Shown here one piece after another: positions 30,388-42,183 of a DNA stretch of 64,000 bases; position 1 is the first letter of the stretch, and every line of letters starts with the position of its first letter. Under the pieces are notes generated by a model, which was given only the letters and a program-made list of their open reading frames with translations, was not told the DNA's origin and made no database searches. The DNA is taken from NCBI GenBank assembly GCA_963664115.2, contig CAXWPJ010000012.1, positions 64,001 through 128,000 of the forward strand. The letters run 5' to 3'. A program made the translations under genes and the position numbers. This DNA comes from Terriglobia bacterium. GTDB lineage: Bacteria > Acidobacteriota > Terriglobia > 20CM-2-55-15.

Positions 30388-30996
30388 TCAATAGGTCGTC
30401 CAGGCCTCGTACATCCTGCGACGGAGAGCCGATCGCCGCGACTCCAGTTCGCGGATCTCACGCCGATAACGTCCGCGCCGGATGTAGTCATAAAACCCCA
30501 TCATTGCCATCATTGCACCGATAAGCGCAAAGAATCGGGCAAAGGACACGTAGAAAAACGTAATCCCAGATGGGACCAGGGTTCTCGACATCAAGATCAC
30601 GGTAATGATCGACAGTACGCTTGCCACACTGCCGAGCATAATCTTGATCCTGCAGTTCGAATACTTTCCGCTCAGATTCATGATCTCGACCGCAACGCGC
30701 GCATGCTCACGCTGCAGAGCGTACTCCTGACGGGGACTCCGACGGGGTCGGCGGAACATCCCTCGCTTATGTTTTTCAACGAGTTCGTCGTATTCGGTGC
30801 GTCTCTTTGAATCCAGCAAGGTATCGACGATGAAGTTCAACCGGCTCATCTGTTCGTGAGCCCAGTCCTTCTTGTCGGGAGGGTTCATATCCGGGTGGTA
30901 GACCTTCGCGATGTCCTTGAAGGCACGCTTGATCTCGGGCGCACCAGCCTCGCTGGTCACTCCCAACTCATCATAAAACGTACGCATTTCTGGCAT
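30388..30996 (-). CDS. J-domain membrane protein
   Basis: YDELGV...YHPD, followed by two hydrophobic helices. Confidence 0.8.
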   Translation of the reverse strand: MPEMRTFYDELGVTSEAGAPEIKRAFKDIAKVYHPDMNPPDKKDWAHEQMSRLNFIVDTLLDSKRRTEYDELVEKHKRGMFRRPRRSPRQEYALQREHARVAVEIMNLSGKYSNCRIKIMLGSVASVLSIITVILMSRTLVPSGITFFYVSFARFFALIGAMMAMMGFYDYIRRGRYRREIRELESRRSALRRRMYEAWTTY

Positions 30997-31136
30997 CGGT
31001 ATGGAGGATTATAAAACCGGCGTCGGGCCAAATCCAGCCGCAGGGAGGATGGTGGACGGAAACCGGCTTCTTTTCATGTCAGTGGTTTGGTGATCGCGGC
31101 GCGGACATCGGTCTCCGTCTCCGATCTTCCCAGTCT

Positions 31137-32219
31137 CTATTTAAGGCGGGGATCGGCCGCGTCCCTCAGTCCTTCACCAACCAGGTTGTATGACGTGACC
31201 GTGACAAAGATCGCCAGACCGGGAAACAATGTCAACCACCAACCACTGGGCAACAGCACACGCGAACTCGCAAGTATTGCGCCCCAACTGGCCGTCGACG
31301 GCGGCACACCAAAACCGAGGAAGCTCAACGTCGACTCGATCAGAATAGCGGAGGCCACACCGAAAGTCGCCGCGACAAAGATTGGCGCCAGACTATTGGG
31401 AAGGACGTGGCGCAACATCGTTCTGAAATTGCTCGCGCCAAGCGCTTGCGCCGCCAGAATGTAATCGAGGGACTTTGTCCTGAGGAATTCCCCGCGCGTC
31501 AAACGAGCCACTGTCGGCCAACTCGTCAAGCCGATCACGACCATAATGTTGAAGATGCTTTGCGGAAGGAAAGCAACGACCGTAATGATGAGGAAGAAGG
31601 TCGGAATCGTCAGCATGATTTCAATCAGTCGTGATGCGATAATGTCGATCAATCCCCCGTAGTAACCGGCCAAGGCACCGATGATCAATCCGATGAGCAC
31701 GTAAATTGAGACAGCGACGAATCCGACCGATAGCGATACACGTGCCCCGTGAACCATGCGGCTGGCAATATCACGGCCGATATCATCGGTGCCCAGCCAA
31801 TGCACACTGGATGGAGGTTGTATGACCGAGAAGAGATCCGTCTCTGTCGGAGAGTACTTGATCGGTGGGAAGACAGCCCAATCTTCATCGCTGAAATTTC
31901 TTTCGGAAAACTGCTTATAACGAGCGTTCAGAAATTGCGGTTCCCATTGTGTCAGTCCAAGCCAGACTCCGTAGCTGTTCAACACAGGAAAATACGTCCC
32001 GCCCTCATAGCTCATGACCAACGGCATGTCATTCGCGATGAAATCAGCGCCAAGGGCAACCCCGAAAAGGCCCAGGACAAGGACCAGACCCACAACAGCA
32101 ACGTTGTTCTTCCGAAACTGGCGAACAACTATCGACCAGTAATCTTCGCGCCGCTCTGACGCGGCGTCCGGACGTTCCAGGTCCCGTGATGATCCCATGC
32201 TAGGCGGATTCCTGCTCAT
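31137..32219 (-). CDS. Peptide/nickel ABC transporter permease (OppC/DppC-like)
   Basis: HWLGTDDIGRD, RHVLPN, LSFLGFG, GEGLRDAADP. Confidence 0.92.
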   Translation of the reverse strand: MSRNPPSMGSSRDLERPDAASERREDYWSIVVRQFRKNNVAVVGLVLVLGLFGVALGADFIANDMPLVMSYEGGTYFPVLNSYGVWLGLTQWEPQFLNARYKQFSERNFSDEDWAVFPPIKYSPTETDLFSVIQPPSSVHWLGTDDIGRDIASRMVHGARVSLSVGFVAVSIYVLIGLIIGALAGYYGGLIDIIASRLIEIMLTIPTFFLIITVVAFLPQSIFNIMVVIGLTSWPTVARLTRGEFLRTKSLDYILAAQALGASNFRTMLRHVLPNSLAPIFVAATFGVASAILIESTLSFLGFGVPPSTASWGAILASSRVLLPSGWWLTLFPGLAIFVTVTSYNLVGEGLRDAADPRLK

Positions 32220-33207
32220 ACTTGATTCTGGGGTCGACGATCGTATAGAGAATGTCCGCCATCAGGATTCCCAACAACGTCAGGAACGCGCTGATCGTAA
32301 AAACGGCCATAATAACCGGGTAATCCCGCAAAAGAACTGCTTCCCATCCCAACTGACCCATTCCCGGAACCGAAAAAATCGTTTCAATCACTATGCTGCC
32401 GCCGATCAATGTTGGTAAGAGGTTGGCCATGAGCGTCACGATAGGTATCAACGAATTCCTGAGGGCATGGCGATAGATGACAAGTCGCTCACTGAGACCT
32501 TTAGCCCGGGCCGTCCGAATAAAATCCTGCCGGATGACTTCGAGCATGCTGGAGCGCATATAGCGTGATAAAGCGGCCAGCATGTAATACGTCATACACG
32601 TCACCGGCAAAACGAGATGCCACAGTCTGTCGCCGAAGCGCTCCCAGAAGGTCCAGTCGCCAGAGCCTAAGGTCTGAAGGCCGAAGACTGGAAACACATC
32701 TAGGAAATCCCCACCACCCAGATAAACAATCGCTAGGGTTGCGATCCAGAAATTCGGCAGAGAATATAACGTGAAGAGAAATACTGTGATCACCTTGTCC
32801 GATCGGCTGTACTGATGCGTCGCCGAATAAATACCGATAGGAATCGCTAACAAATACGCCAGAATTAAGGAGAGGCCACCCAGTTGAATGGATACAGGAA
32901 CCCTCTCCTTCAGCTTGTCCAGAACCGGTCTTTGATCACGGATCGAATTACCGAAATCGAATGTCAAAATCCGTCCCAGCCAACTCAGGTATTGCTCGTG
33001 AAGCGGCCGATCAAGGCCGTAGAGAGCACGGGTCTCTCGAATGATCTGTTCCGCCAGAGCCTGATCACGGATTCCTTGCGTTGCATCTCCCAACCGCATG
33101 GCTGCCGGATCTCCCGGCGCCAACTGAATGATCAGAAATGAGATCAGGGAAATGCCAATTATCGTAGGCACTAAGAGCAAGATCCGTTTAATGAGGTATG
33201 CGCGCAT
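32200..33207 (-). CDS. Peptide/nickel ABC transporter permease (OppB/DppB-like)
   Basis: APGDP, TARAKGL, HALRN, DPRI. Confidence 0.92.
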   Translation of the reverse strand: MRAYLIKRILLLVPTIIGISLISFLIIQLAPGDPAAMRLGDATQGIRDQALAEQIIRETRALYGLDRPLHEQYLSWLGRILTFDFGNSIRDQRPVLDKLKERVPVSIQLGGLSLILAYLLAIPIGIYSATHQYSRSDKVITVFLFTLYSLPNFWIATLAIVYLGGGDFLDVFPVFGLQTLGSGDWTFWERFGDRLWHLVLPVTCMTYYMLAALSRYMRSSMLEVIRQDFIRTARAKGLSERLVIYRHALRNSLIPIVTLMANLLPTLIGGSIVIETIFSVPGMGQLGWEAVLLRDYPVIMAVFTISAFLTLLGILMADILYTIVDPRIKYEQESA

Positions 33208-33264
33208 GATGGAAGGATGGCCCCGCAAGGATGAGGTTCCCTGTACAGGGCCATACGGGGAAAA

Positions 33265-35019
33265 CTACTGTGGACCAGCCACGTAACGCTGCGACGCGAC
33301 GGGTACGAACCACGTCGTCAAGTCATAGCCCGGGCGCGCCGGCAGCAGCTCCGTATTCTGAAAACGCCTATGGTATGCACCGGCTTCCCGCGGGTACATC
33401 ATGAACGTGTAAGGCTGTTCTTCGTGAAGAATCTCCTGAAACCGCCAATACAACTCTCGCCGCCTTTCCGGATCGAACTCCAGACGTGCCTCTTCGATAA
33501 GCCGATCTGCCTCAGGATTTCTAAAACTCACGAAGTTTGAGCCCCGATTTTCAGCTGAACTTGAGTGCCAAATCTGCCTGGGATCGCTGAGCAGATCCGA
33601 CACCCAATTCATGCTCATTGCATCGAATCGCTTATCCCGCGTACTGTCCGACATGATATTGAACTCGACCCGCCGTTCGGTCATTTCGATGCCGACCTTT
33701 CCTAATTCGTCTCTCAGAATTGGCAAGAGCTGCTCCATATACTGGCTGCCCGTATATCCGAGAAACTCAAAACTGAACTTCACGCCATCCTTGTCCCGAA
33801 TTCCGTCTCCGTCGTGATCCGTCCAGCCGACTTCTTCCAGCAAGGCAACGGCTCTTTCGGGATCATAAGGATAGGGATCGATGTTGGGATTGAAATCAGG
33901 GGCACTTGGATTGAACGAACTCACAGCAACTTCAGCAAGCCCGAATCGCAAGCTATCAACGATTTGTTGGCGCGGTATAAGCATCGTCATCGCCCGGCGA
34001 ACACGCCTGTCAGCAAAAAAAGGTCGCATCGGATTCCAGGCAATGAAATTTATCTGTGGGATCGTATAACTTTCCTTCGCGAACTGGGATTCAAAATCGG
34101 CGCCGCTGGTCTGTTGGACCCACTGAATGGGCGTCATTCGAGGGTAGAAATCCGTATCGCCACTCTTGAGCGAGATTAGCGCCGCCGTACTGTCGGTAAT
34201 GAAACGAAAAACAATCCGTTCCAAATTCGCAGGTTCACCCCAGTAGTCATCATTCCGAACGAGTGTAATCTGCGATCCACTCTCCCAACTCTCGAATCGG
34301 TAGGGCCCCGTACCGATCGGCTGACGGTTGGCCGGGTGGCTGTTGAAAGTCGCGCCGAATTCACGCAAGGTCTCATTATCGCGCGCCGCTGGACTGAGAA
34401 TATCTGGCAATGAAAAAGCGTCCAGGACGCCTTCCGGGTCATAGATGTGTTTGGGCAGAATCGGTAAGCTGGAAAGAATAGAATCGTTCAGCCAAAAAGG
34501 CTGGCTGACTATGAGTCGGACTTCACGGCCCTCGACTTCGACGTTGGCCAAATCGCTGAAGTAGCCTCGCCATGGTGCGGCGTCCACAAATGGAACCATC
34601 ATCGCCTTGGCCGAGAACTCCACGTCGTCTGACGTGAATGACTCTCCATCGTGCCACCGCACACCCTCTCTCAATGTGTAGGTGTAGGTTAAATTATCGT
34701 CTGAAATTTCTGGATAGGATTCTGCCAGCAGCGGCTTCTCCGATCGCCAGGTCTCCGTATCATATCCAAGCAGCCACTCGCCGACGAACGAACCGAGGGA
34801 GCCGTAGAATATCGTCTGGGAAGACTGGCTCGACGAGATCAGCTGATTCATCGTGTCCGCTTCGCTTGAAAGCGACACAATCAGCCAATCACCCTGGACC
34901 GGCTCTTGATCACTGCCATCGGCAAAATTCCCAACAGGTCGATCCCCTCCCCCACATCCAGCCAGGACCAACGGCAAAAGAACCACCAGCAACATTAAAG
35001 TTCTGAAGCGACAAGCCAT
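33265..35019 (-). CDS. Family-5 ABC substrate-binding lipoprotein
   Basis: Lipobox LAGC, LREGVRWHDG, PIGTGPY, VRRA. Confidence 0.92.
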   Translation of the reverse strand: MACRFRTLMLLVVLLPLVLAGCGGGDRPVGNFADGSDQEPVQGDWLIVSLSSEADTMNQLISSSQSSQTIFYGSLGSFVGEWLLGYDTETWRSEKPLLAESYPEISDDNLTYTYTLREGVRWHDGESFTSDDVEFSAKAMMVPFVDAAPWRGYFSDLANVEVEGREVRLIVSQPFWLNDSILSSLPILPKHIYDPEGVLDAFSLPDILSPAARDNETLREFGATFNSHPANRQPIGTGPYRFESWESGSQITLVRNDDYWGEPANLERIVFRFITDSTAALISLKSGDTDFYPRMTPIQWVQQTSGADFESQFAKESYTIPQINFIAWNPMRPFFADRRVRRAMTMLIPRQQIVDSLRFGLAEVAVSSFNPSAPDFNPNIDPYPYDPERAVALLEEVGWTDHDGDGIRDKDGVKFSFEFLGYTGSQYMEQLLPILRDELGKVGIEMTERRVEFNIMSDSTRDKRFDAMSMNWVSDLLSDPRQIWHSSSAENRGSNFVSFRNPEADRLIEEARLEFDPERRRELYWRFQEILHEEQPYTFMMYPREAGAYHRRFQNTELLPARPGYDLTTWFVPVASQRYVAGPQ

Positions 35020-35098
35020 ATCGTTCCCCTCTTGTTTACGGTATTCGAAGCGATCGACGAATTATGTCACGAACTTTACCCGACTGTCCGTGAATAGC

Positions 35099-35866
35099 TC
35101 ATACGATTCCGAGTTTCCTGGCAACGAGGTACAGCCCTTCCAATGTCAGGTTCGGATCCGTCGTCTCGATCCACCGGGACTCTTCCTGAATCAGGTCAGC
35201 CATGCCGCCGGTGGCAATCACGTGCGTGTCCTTTCCAAGTTCATCTTTCATGCGCTCAATGACGCCATCCACCAGTGAAACGTAGCCCCAGAAAAACCCG
35301 CTCTGCAGGCTCGTCACCGTCGATCGACCGATCAGTTCCTTTGGCTTCTTGATGTCGGTTCGTGGCAGACGGGCCGCCTGATCGATCAGTGCAGAAGCGG
35401 AGATCTCGATGCCGGGACTGATCAGCCCTCCCAGATATTCACCCTGGGCCGTGATCGCGTCGAACGTCGTTGCTGTTCCCAGATCCACCACGATCGCCGG
35501 AACGCTGTAGCGATCCAGCACAGCTACGGCGTCAACCATCCGATCGGCACCGACCTCATCAGGATCGTTGTACAGAATCGGAATGCCTGCGTTTTCTGCA
35601 GTCACGAAGGTCGCATTCACGTCGAACGATCGTCTGGACACTTCCTCCAGAATCGGATCGAGAGGCGGCACAACCGAAGCCACGATGACTGAAGTCACCA
35701 CACTGACATCAATTTTTTCGAGTGAGAAAAGGTTTCTGAGAAGCATGACGTACTCATCCACGGTTCGCTGCCGACACGTCGACAGTCGCCAACTGTAGGC
35801 CAGGGCTCCACCATCATAGACGCCGAAAACCGTATTCGTGTTTCCCAGATCAATTGTCAGCAACAT
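35099..35866 (-). CDS. coaX: Type III pantothenate kinase
   Basis: IDLGNTN, VGADR, DLGTATT, ATGG. Confidence 0.94.
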   Translation of the reverse strand: MLLTIDLGNTNTVFGVYDGGALAYSWRLSTCRQRTVDEYVMLLRNLFSLEKIDVSVVTSVIVASVVPPLDPILEEVSRRSFDVNATFVTAENAGIPILYNDPDEVGADRMVDAVAVLDRYSVPAIVVDLGTATTFDAITAQGEYLGGLISPGIEISASALIDQAARLPRTDIKKPKELIGRSTVTSLQSGFFWGYVSLVDGVIERMKDELGKDTHVIATGGMADLIQEESRWIETTDPNLTLEGLYLVARKLGIV

Positions 35867-35880
35867 CGGTTCGCTCCTCG

Positions 35881-36885
35881 CTACTCCCAGTGAACCACAT
35901 CACCGCTATAGACTTCTTCGACACGGCCGTCGTCCTGCCGAATCCTGAGCGCGCCCAGGGCGTTCAGTCCCTCGGTGGTTCCCTCAATCTGGCGCACGCC
36001 ATCGTGAACCTTTACCTTTCGCCCGTGTGCGAAACTGGAGAGCTCCGTCCACGGTTCAGTAATCGACACCGGACCCTTCGAAACGAATCTGTCGTAGATT
36101 TTTTCAAACGCCGTCAGGAAATCGACCAGGATCTCGATCCGCGAGTGTGGACGCCCGGACTCCAGTCGCAATGAACTCCCGATTTCTCGTAATTCCTCAG
36201 GCATTTCGCTATGGTTCACGTTGATCCCGACGCCCACCACCATCGATCGCACCTGATCCAACTCCGCATGCATCTCAGAAAGTATGCCGCAGACTTTCTT
36301 TCTTCCAACCAGAAGGTCGTTTGGCCACTTGATATCGACTTGAAGTCCTGTCGTTCGCTCAATCGAATCGTGAGCGGCCAGAGCTGCCCCGAGCGTCAGA
36401 AGGGGGGCGAGATTAGCCGACACATCCGGCTTGAGAACGATGCTTACATAGAGTCCAACGAATGAATCCGAAAACCAGTGTCTTCCCCTGCGGCCGCGGC
36501 CGGAAGTCTGCCGCTCGGCAACAACCGTCGTACCATGCCCCACGGAGTCGTCTGAACTCAACAAACCGCCTGCAAAAGCGTTGGTTGAATCGACTTCCCA
36601 GAGATGGAACAGATTCCGTCCCATCGTTTTCGTGTGAAGACGCTCAATGACCAACTCTGGAATCAGAACGTCAGGAAGACGTGTCAAACGAAACCCGGAA
36701 AACGGTTCACCCAGGATTTCCACGCCCTCTCCGCGCAGTTTGTTGATCAGTCGCGCGACGCGCGAATGCGAAATCCCGAGATCCTGGGCAAGCTTCTCCC
36801 CGGAAACCGGAACGGTCATGTTTCCAATCATTGAATAGAGGATTGAATCCAGATGTCGGTCTCTCTCAGTCGCGTGACCCGGCAT
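35881..36885 (-). CDS. birA: Biotin-protein ligase / repressor
   Basis: N-terminal HTH (SGEKLA), STN, QTSGRGRRGR, KWPND. Confidence 0.94.
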   Translation of the reverse strand: MPGHATERDRHLDSILYSMIGNMTVPVSGEKLAQDLGISHSRVARLINKLRGEGVEILGEPFSGFRLTRLPDVLIPELVIERLHTKTMGRNLFHLWEVDSTNAFAGGLLSSDDSVGHGTTVVAERQTSGRGRRGRHWFSDSFVGLYVSIVLKPDVSANLAPLLTLGAALAAHDSIERTTGLQVDIKWPNDLLVGRKKVCGILSEMHAELDQVRSMVVGVGINVNHSEMPEELREIGSSLRLESGRPHSRIEILVDFLTAFEKIYDRFVSKGPVSITEPWTELSSFAHGRKVKVHDGVRQIEGTTEGLNALGALRIRQDDGRVEEVYSGDVVHWE

Positions 36886-37730
36886 CAACCCATTTTCACC
36901 CGAAGGTGAATGTCAGCAGCAACAACCGAATGCGTCAGTGCGCCGACGGAAATGAAATCGACGCCGGCCTCGGCAAAGCCCCGGATATTGCTAAGGGTGA
37001 TGCCGCCTGAAGACTCCAGGGGAATCCGGCCGGCCACGATCTCAACTGCCTCCCGTGTCTGTTCGGCAGTGAAATTATCCAGAAGGATCATGTCCGCCAC
37101 ACCCTCGATCGCCTCCTGGAGCTCTCCCAGATTCTGGACCTCAACCTCGATCTTCATCGAGCTATTCGCCCACTCACGCGCCACTTGGACGGCCGAGATG
37201 ACACTGGATTGAAAGATGAGATGGTTGTTCTTGATCAATACAGCATCGAAGAGTCCGACACGATGATTGACACCTCCGCCACAGGCCACGGCGTACTTGT
37301 CCAGTATACGTAGCCCCGGAACAGTTTTTCGGGTATCCAGAATTTGAGCCCGCGCCCCGCCGATCGCGGATACGTATTCGCGGGTCCCGGTCGCAATTCC
37401 CGATAGTCGCTGCAGGAAATTCAGTGACGTCCGCTCTGCGGCGAGTATGGAACGGGCGCTTCCCCGGAGCGAAGCCAGAACCGTGCCTTTCTCAACGTCG
37501 GCACCATCATTTGAAACGCTTTGGAACTCGACGTCGGAATCGCAGATTCGCACAACTTCTTCGACTACTGATAGCCCACAAACACGGAGGGACTCCTTAG
37601 CGACATACTCTGCGAAGGCCTGCGCCGCTCCCCCCACGACGGCCAGGGACGTCACATCTCCGGTCCCCAGATCCTCTTCGATAGCAGCTAGAAAACAGGA
37701 CTCTAACGGTGTGAGATCGATAGGCGTCAT
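36885..37730 (-). CDS. nadC: Quinolinate phosphoribosyltransferase
   Basis: EDLGTGDVT, DTRKT, LLDN, SGGI, ISVGALTHS. Confidence 0.95.
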   Translation of the reverse strand: MTPIDLTPLESCFLAAIEEDLGTGDVTSLAVVGGAAQAFAEYVAKESLRVCGLSVVEEVVRICDSDVEFQSVSNDGADVEKGTVLASLRGSARSILAAERTSLNFLQRLSGIATGTREYVSAIGGARAQILDTRKTVPGLRILDKYAVACGGGVNHRVGLFDAVLIKNNHLIFQSSVISAVQVAREWANSSMKIEVEVQNLGELQEAIEGVADMILLDNFTAEQTREAVEIVAGRIPLESSGGITLSNIRGFAEAGVDFISVGALTHSVVAADIHLRVKMG

Positions 37731-37740
37731 CGTGGTAGCT

Positions 37741-40365
37741 TCATCGCAAACGGGCTATCCCCTCAGCCAGACGGACTGCTTTCCCCTGATAGTCCGCCAG
37801 GCGCTGATGATTCTCTTCGACAACTTCCCTGGGAGCTCTCTCGACGAATTTCTTGTTGGAGAGCTTGCCTTCCAGAGCGCTGATTTCACGCCGGACCTTT
37901 TCCATTTCGCGGCCTAATCGGGCTTGTTCAGCTTCCAGATCAATGACACCGGCAAGGGGCACTTCCAGTGCAACGTCTCCTGCGACGGCCTGCGCGGCCG
38001 CTCGTTCCCCCGTCAGCTTTCCGACGACTTCCAGCGATTCCACTCGCGCAAGACGCTTAATGTATGCTTCCTGGCGCATCAGCATCGCCTGAATGCCGGG
38101 ATCTTCGGTACCCACGCGGAGAGGAACAAACTGTTTCGCCTCAACATTGACCTCGGCGCGTATGTTTCGAACCTTGACGATAATTTCCTGAATCAGCCCT
38201 GCGTCCCTTTCGACCGCCTCGTCCACGAAATCGGCTCGCAGTTTTGGATACGGCGCGATAACAATCGATGCTCCATTGTGCGGTATCCGTTGCCAGAGTT
38301 CTTCAGTTATGAACGGCATGAACGGATGCAAGGTCCGGAGTGTTTTTTCAAAGACATGCAACAGGACGGGTCTGGACTGCTCGGGGTGGAGCTTGACCAT
38401 CTCCAGATACCAATCACAGAACTCGTGCCAAAAAAACTGATAGATGCTGTGTGCCCCCTCGTGCAGAAAATAGCGATCCAGCGCCCGGTTGACATCGTCC
38501 ACGGCCCGCGTCTGACGGGAGAGGATCCAACGATCCGCAAGTGAAAGGTCGTCGAGCTGTATCTCATCCTCGGTAACAGGCCGGTCGGACTCAGCCTCGG
38601 ACCGGAGAATAAACCGGGCCGCGTTCCAGATCTTCGTTGCAAAGGCACGGTAACCGTCCAACTGGTCTTCGGACAGAACAAAGTCCGCGCCGGGTGCCCC
38701 GAGACGCGCCAGTGTGAAACGCACGGCATCGGTGCCGTACTCATCGCAAACCAACATCGGATCTCCGGCGTTGCCCTTTGATTTTGAAAGCTTTTTCCTC
38801 TCGATGTCGCGGACGAGTCCCGTGATGTAGACCTCTTTAAACGGAACGTCTCCTGCAAACTTGAGACCGGCCATGATCATCCGGGCAACCCAGAAAAAGA
38901 TGATGTCGAAGCCCGTTACAAGCAAACTCGTCGGATAAAAGGCTGTCAGGTCGTCGGTTTCCCCGGGCCAGCCCATGGTTGAAAACGGCCAGAGCTGTGA
39001 GCTGAACCATGTATCAAGGACGTCCTCGTCCTGAGTAATTTCTTCGCTGCCGCACTTCGGGCACACCGTGGGATCACTCCGCGAAACTATGATCTCGCCG
39101 CACGGGCAGTACCAGGCGGGAATTCTATGCCCCCACCAGAGCTGCCGGGAGATACACCAATCCCGTATGTTGTACATCCACTCGAAATAGGTCTTGGCCC
39201 AGTTCGCCGGAACAAACCGGATGTCTCCGTCCTCCACGGCCCGGATCGCTTCTTTGGCCAAAGGCTTGACATCGACAAACCACTGGGTCGAGAGCAAGGG
39301 CTCAACAATCGCCCGACAGCGCGAGCAATGCCCGACATTGTGGACGTGCGCCTCGACCCGGGTCAGGAAGCCCTGTGCTTCCAAATCGGACAGTATTTGC
39401 TTTCGAGCTTCAAAGCGATCCAGACCGCTATAGGCACCGCCCTCCGGTGTGATCCTGCCGTCCTCGTCAATCACTCCAATCCGTTTCAAGCCGTGCCGCT
39501 CTCCCATATCAAAGTCGGCCGGGTCATGCGCCGGCGTGACCTTCACAACTCCGGTACCGAATTCACGGTCCACGACACGATCTTGAATGAACGGTAGTTT
39601 GCGCCCGACCAATGGCAGGACGCCGCTCGAGTCTTTGAGGTGCACGTATCGCTCGTCCTCCGGATGCACGGCGATCGCGGTGTCGCCCAACATTGTTTCA
39701 GGACGCGTCGTCGCCACCTCGACGAACTCATCCGCACTGCCTGCTATCGAATAGCGAATGTGGTAGAGCTTCCCCTCAAGCGATTCGTATTCAACTTCCA
39801 GGTCCGACAATGCCGTACGGCATCGGGGACACCAGTTGATCAATCGTTCACCACGGTAAATCAGTCGCTCCTCGAAGAGGCGCACAAACACCTCGCGGAC
39901 AGCCCCGGAAAGGCTCTCGTCAAGAGTGAAGCGCTGCCGGGACCAGTCACAGGAATCGCCGATGCGGCGAATCTGCTGTGTAATGAGATCGCCGTACTCC
40001 CGCTTCCATTCCCAGACTCGCTCGATGAACTTCTCCCGGCCCAGATCGTGACGGGTGAGTCCCTCCTGACGAAGCTGCCGTTCCACCACGTTCTGGGTTG
40101 CTATTCCGGCATGATCGGTCCCGGGCAACCACAAGGTGTTAAAACCCTGCATGCGTTTGCGACGAATGATGACGTCGTGAACCGTGTGGTTGAGCATGTG
40201 CCCCATGTGAAGAGAGCCGGTCACGTTAGGTGGAGGCATTACGATGACGAACGGGGGATCGGTCGAATCGGCGTCGGCCCGGAAATACCCCTGGGTCTCC
40301 CAGAAGTCGTACCAACCCGATTCCACTTCGCTCGAGTTATATATCTTCGAGATATCAGTCTTCAT
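37741..40365 (-). CDS. valS: Valyl-tRNA synthetase
   Basis: [39 protein letters not shown]-terminal coiled coil. Confidence 0.97.
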   Translation of the reverse strand: MKTDISKIYNSSEVESGWYDFWETQGYFRADADSTDPPFVIVMPPPNVTGSLHMGHMLNHTVHDVIIRRKRMQGFNTLWLPGTDHAGIATQNVVERQLRQEGLTRHDLGREKFIERVWEWKREYGDLITQQIRRIGDSCDWSRQRFTLDESLSGAVREVFVRLFEERLIYRGERLINWCPRCRTALSDLEVEYESLEGKLYHIRYSIAGSADEFVEVATTRPETMLGDTAIAVHPEDERYVHLKDSSGVLPLVGRKLPFIQDRVVDREFGTGVVKVTPAHDPADFDMGERHGLKRIGVIDEDGRITPEGGAYSGLDRFEARKQILSDLEAQGFLTRVEAHVHNVGHCSRCRAIVEPLLSTQWFVDVKPLAKEAIRAVEDGDIRFVPANWAKTYFEWMYNIRDWCISRQLWWGHRIPAWYCPCGEIIVSRSDPTVCPKCGSEEITQDEDVLDTWFSSQLWPFSTMGWPGETDDLTAFYPTSLLVTGFDIIFFWVARMIMAGLKFAGDVPFKEVYITGLVRDIERKKLSKSKGNAGDPMLVCDEYGTDAVRFTLARLGAPGADFVLSEDQLDGYRAFATKIWNAARFILRSEAESDRPVTEDEIQLDDLSLADRWILSRQTRAVDDVNRALDRYFLHEGAHSIYQFFWHEFCDWYLEMVKLHPEQSRPVLLHVFEKTLRTLHPFMPFITEELWQRIPHNGASIVIAPYPKLRADFVDEAVERDAGLIQEIIVKVRNIRAEVNVEAKQFVPLRVGTEDPGIQAMLMRQEAYIKRLARVESLEVVGKLTGERAAAQAVAGDVALEVPLAGVIDLEAEQARLGREMEKVRREISALEGKLSNKKFVERAPREVVEENHQRLADYQGKAVRLAEGIARLR

Positions 40366-40960
40366 TACGCTTCTTCAACTCATCGTTCACGGCCCGATCC
40401 GCGATCTCCGGAACGACTTCCCAAGCGATGCCTTCGATGACCTCGACGGAAAGCCGCTGAATCACCCGATCGGCGATCGCGTCGATCTCTTCCCCCGAAA
40501 GGTTCCCGCGCCCCCCGTCCGGGTCAAGCTCGGGAAACAAATCTCGCAAACCCAGGATGTCCTCATCAGACTCCTCGATATGAACGCCACCCGCGTCGGC
40601 GATCATCCCGAAAACCATCTCCAGAAGCTCCTGAGGCTCAAAGGGTTTATTGATCCGACCGTCAGCGCTGACACGTTCGGCTTCTGCCGCATCAAACTCT
40701 TCGAAGGCTCCGACGAGCAGGACCACCGGTGTCTTACCCAGCACCGGATGCTCCTTGACGAACGAACACACCTCATAACCGTTCTTACCGGGCATATAGA
40801 TGTCGGCAAGCACTATGGAAGGGCGGACTTCCTCGAACTTACGTACAGCGGCTTCTCCATTGCTGACCGACACCACCGTGTAGTCCCCACCGTCAAAGGT
40901 CTGGGCCACCAGCCGTTGGATGGTCGTGCTGTCGTCAGCGAGCAGAATCGTTTGTGTCAT
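40355..40960 (-). CDS. Response regulator receiver protein with short helical C-terminal tail
   Basis: LLADDS, DIYMPG, KPF; tail [10 protein letters not shown]. Confidence 0.85.
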   Translation of the reverse strand: MTQTILLADDSTTIQRLVAQTFDGGDYTVVSVSNGEAAVRKFEEVRPSIVLADIYMPGKNGYEVCSFVKEHPVLGKTPVVLLVGAFEEFDAAEAERVSADGRINKPFEPQELLEMVFGMIADAGGVHIEESDEDILGLRDLFPELDPDGGRGNLSGEEIDAIADRVIQRLSVEVIEGIAWEVVPEIADRAVNDELKKRNED

Positions 40961-41063
40961 GGTGTGAGGGAGTGGTCAGTTACGAGTTGATAGGTAATAG
41001 ATCGGGCGTTCGGTCAGTGTTTTAACTATCAACTTTGCCGGCCCGGCCGGCACTGGCATAAAT

Positions 41064-41091
41064 ATGGGCGGCCAGAAGGCCGCCCGTTTTT
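41064..41091. terminator. GC-rich hairpin, possible terminator between bamD and the response regulator
   Basis: GGGCGGCC-AGAA-GGCCGCCC; T run on the + side, only an AT-rich tail on the - side. Confidence 0.45.
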
Positions 41092-41135
41092 ATCCGCTTT
41101 CTCGTTCCCCCGCAGGTCAATCCCACGGTCGTTTC

Positions 41136-42149
41136 CTATTGTTCCTCTAACGGTTCGTCCGGGCCTACAATGGCGCCTTCTACCTCAAAAACACCTTCTG
41201 CCCCTCCGGCCCCACCCTCTTCACCCGGAATGATGGAGGCCGCGGTCGTTTCCGTAGAAATGTCGGGACGCCGACTCCAGATTCCGAACACGCGAGCCAG
41301 CAATCCTTTACCGTCAGGCTCGGGAGTGGATTCCGCTCGTGCAAGAGCGACAGGGTTCACCGTGGGTATGACCTGGTCCAATTCACCCAAACGTTCCGTA
41401 GCAAGTTCGACAAATTCCGAGAGTGGGTGGTCCCGGATAACGCGGGTGTAGTAAAGAATCGATTCTCCTTCGTCCTCGCTACTGCGCAGCACTTCGGCAA
41501 GCCGGTACAGGGCCTCCGGCATCGCGGTAAAATCCGGGTACTTTTCGAGAATTTCGAGGTAACGGTCGGTGGCGGCAGGATAAGACTCGACCGTCGAATA
41601 GTAATTCGCTATCTGCAAAACGCCGTCAGCCAGCACTTCCTGCACGGCTCGAAGTTTTTCCTTAGCTTCGTCCAACAGCGGGCTATCCGGATAGGTGGAT
41701 ACGAAGTTCTGCAACTCAAGCTCCGCCATCTGAGCCTGGGTCGGATCCCGGTCGGACTTTTCCATCTGCCGGACGTGTGCCATTGCAACCATGAGCTGGG
41801 CGTCATCGGCTAAGTCGCTTGTCGGGAAAAAAGTGATGTAATCCTTGAACTCAGCCTCGGCTTGGATCAAGTCCGCGCGAGTCCCCAGTAGATAAAAGGA
41901 TTCTGCTACCGCGTATTTAGCCTGTGGCAAGAACTCGCTGTCCGGATAGGTATTGATGAGCGTATTCAACTCGAGCCGTGCACGGACATAACGACTCTCA
42001 TCCAAGTCGAACAACGCTCGGTTAAACAGCGTCCGGTCCGGTTCATCGAGGTCCCCACCGATATCGATGTCATCCGGATACCCGCCACATCCTGCTGTAA
42101 GGAACAGAACGGCGACTACAAACCAAAGCTGATGTAACTTCCGTGTCAT
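41136..42149 (-). CDS. bamD: Outer membrane protein assembly factor BamD
   Basis: Lipobox TAGC, TPRs, TYPDS, DRDPT. Confidence 0.88.
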   Translation of the reverse strand: MTRKLHQLWFVVAVLFLTAGCGGYPDDIDIGGDLDEPDRTLFNRALFDLDESRYVRARLELNTLINTYPDSEFLPQAKYAVAESFYLLGTRADLIQAEAEFKDYITFFPTSDLADDAQLMVAMAHVRQMEKSDRDPTQAQMAELELQNFVSTYPDSPLLDEAKEKLRAVQEVLADGVLQIANYYSTVESYPAATDRYLEILEKYPDFTAMPEALYRLAEVLRSSEDEGESILYYTRVIRDHPLSEFVELATERLGELDQVIPTVNPVALARAESTPEPDGKGLLARVFGIWSRRPDISTETTAASIIPGEEGGAGGAEGVFEVEGAIVGPDEPLEEQ

Positions 42150-42183
42150 TCAGCGACCCTTAAAATCGAGGAAAACCCTTAGA

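Noticed and set aside
38775-38800. ValRS KLSKS instead of KMSKS
   Set aside because: Conservative variant that keeps the catalytic Lys; unlikely to matter
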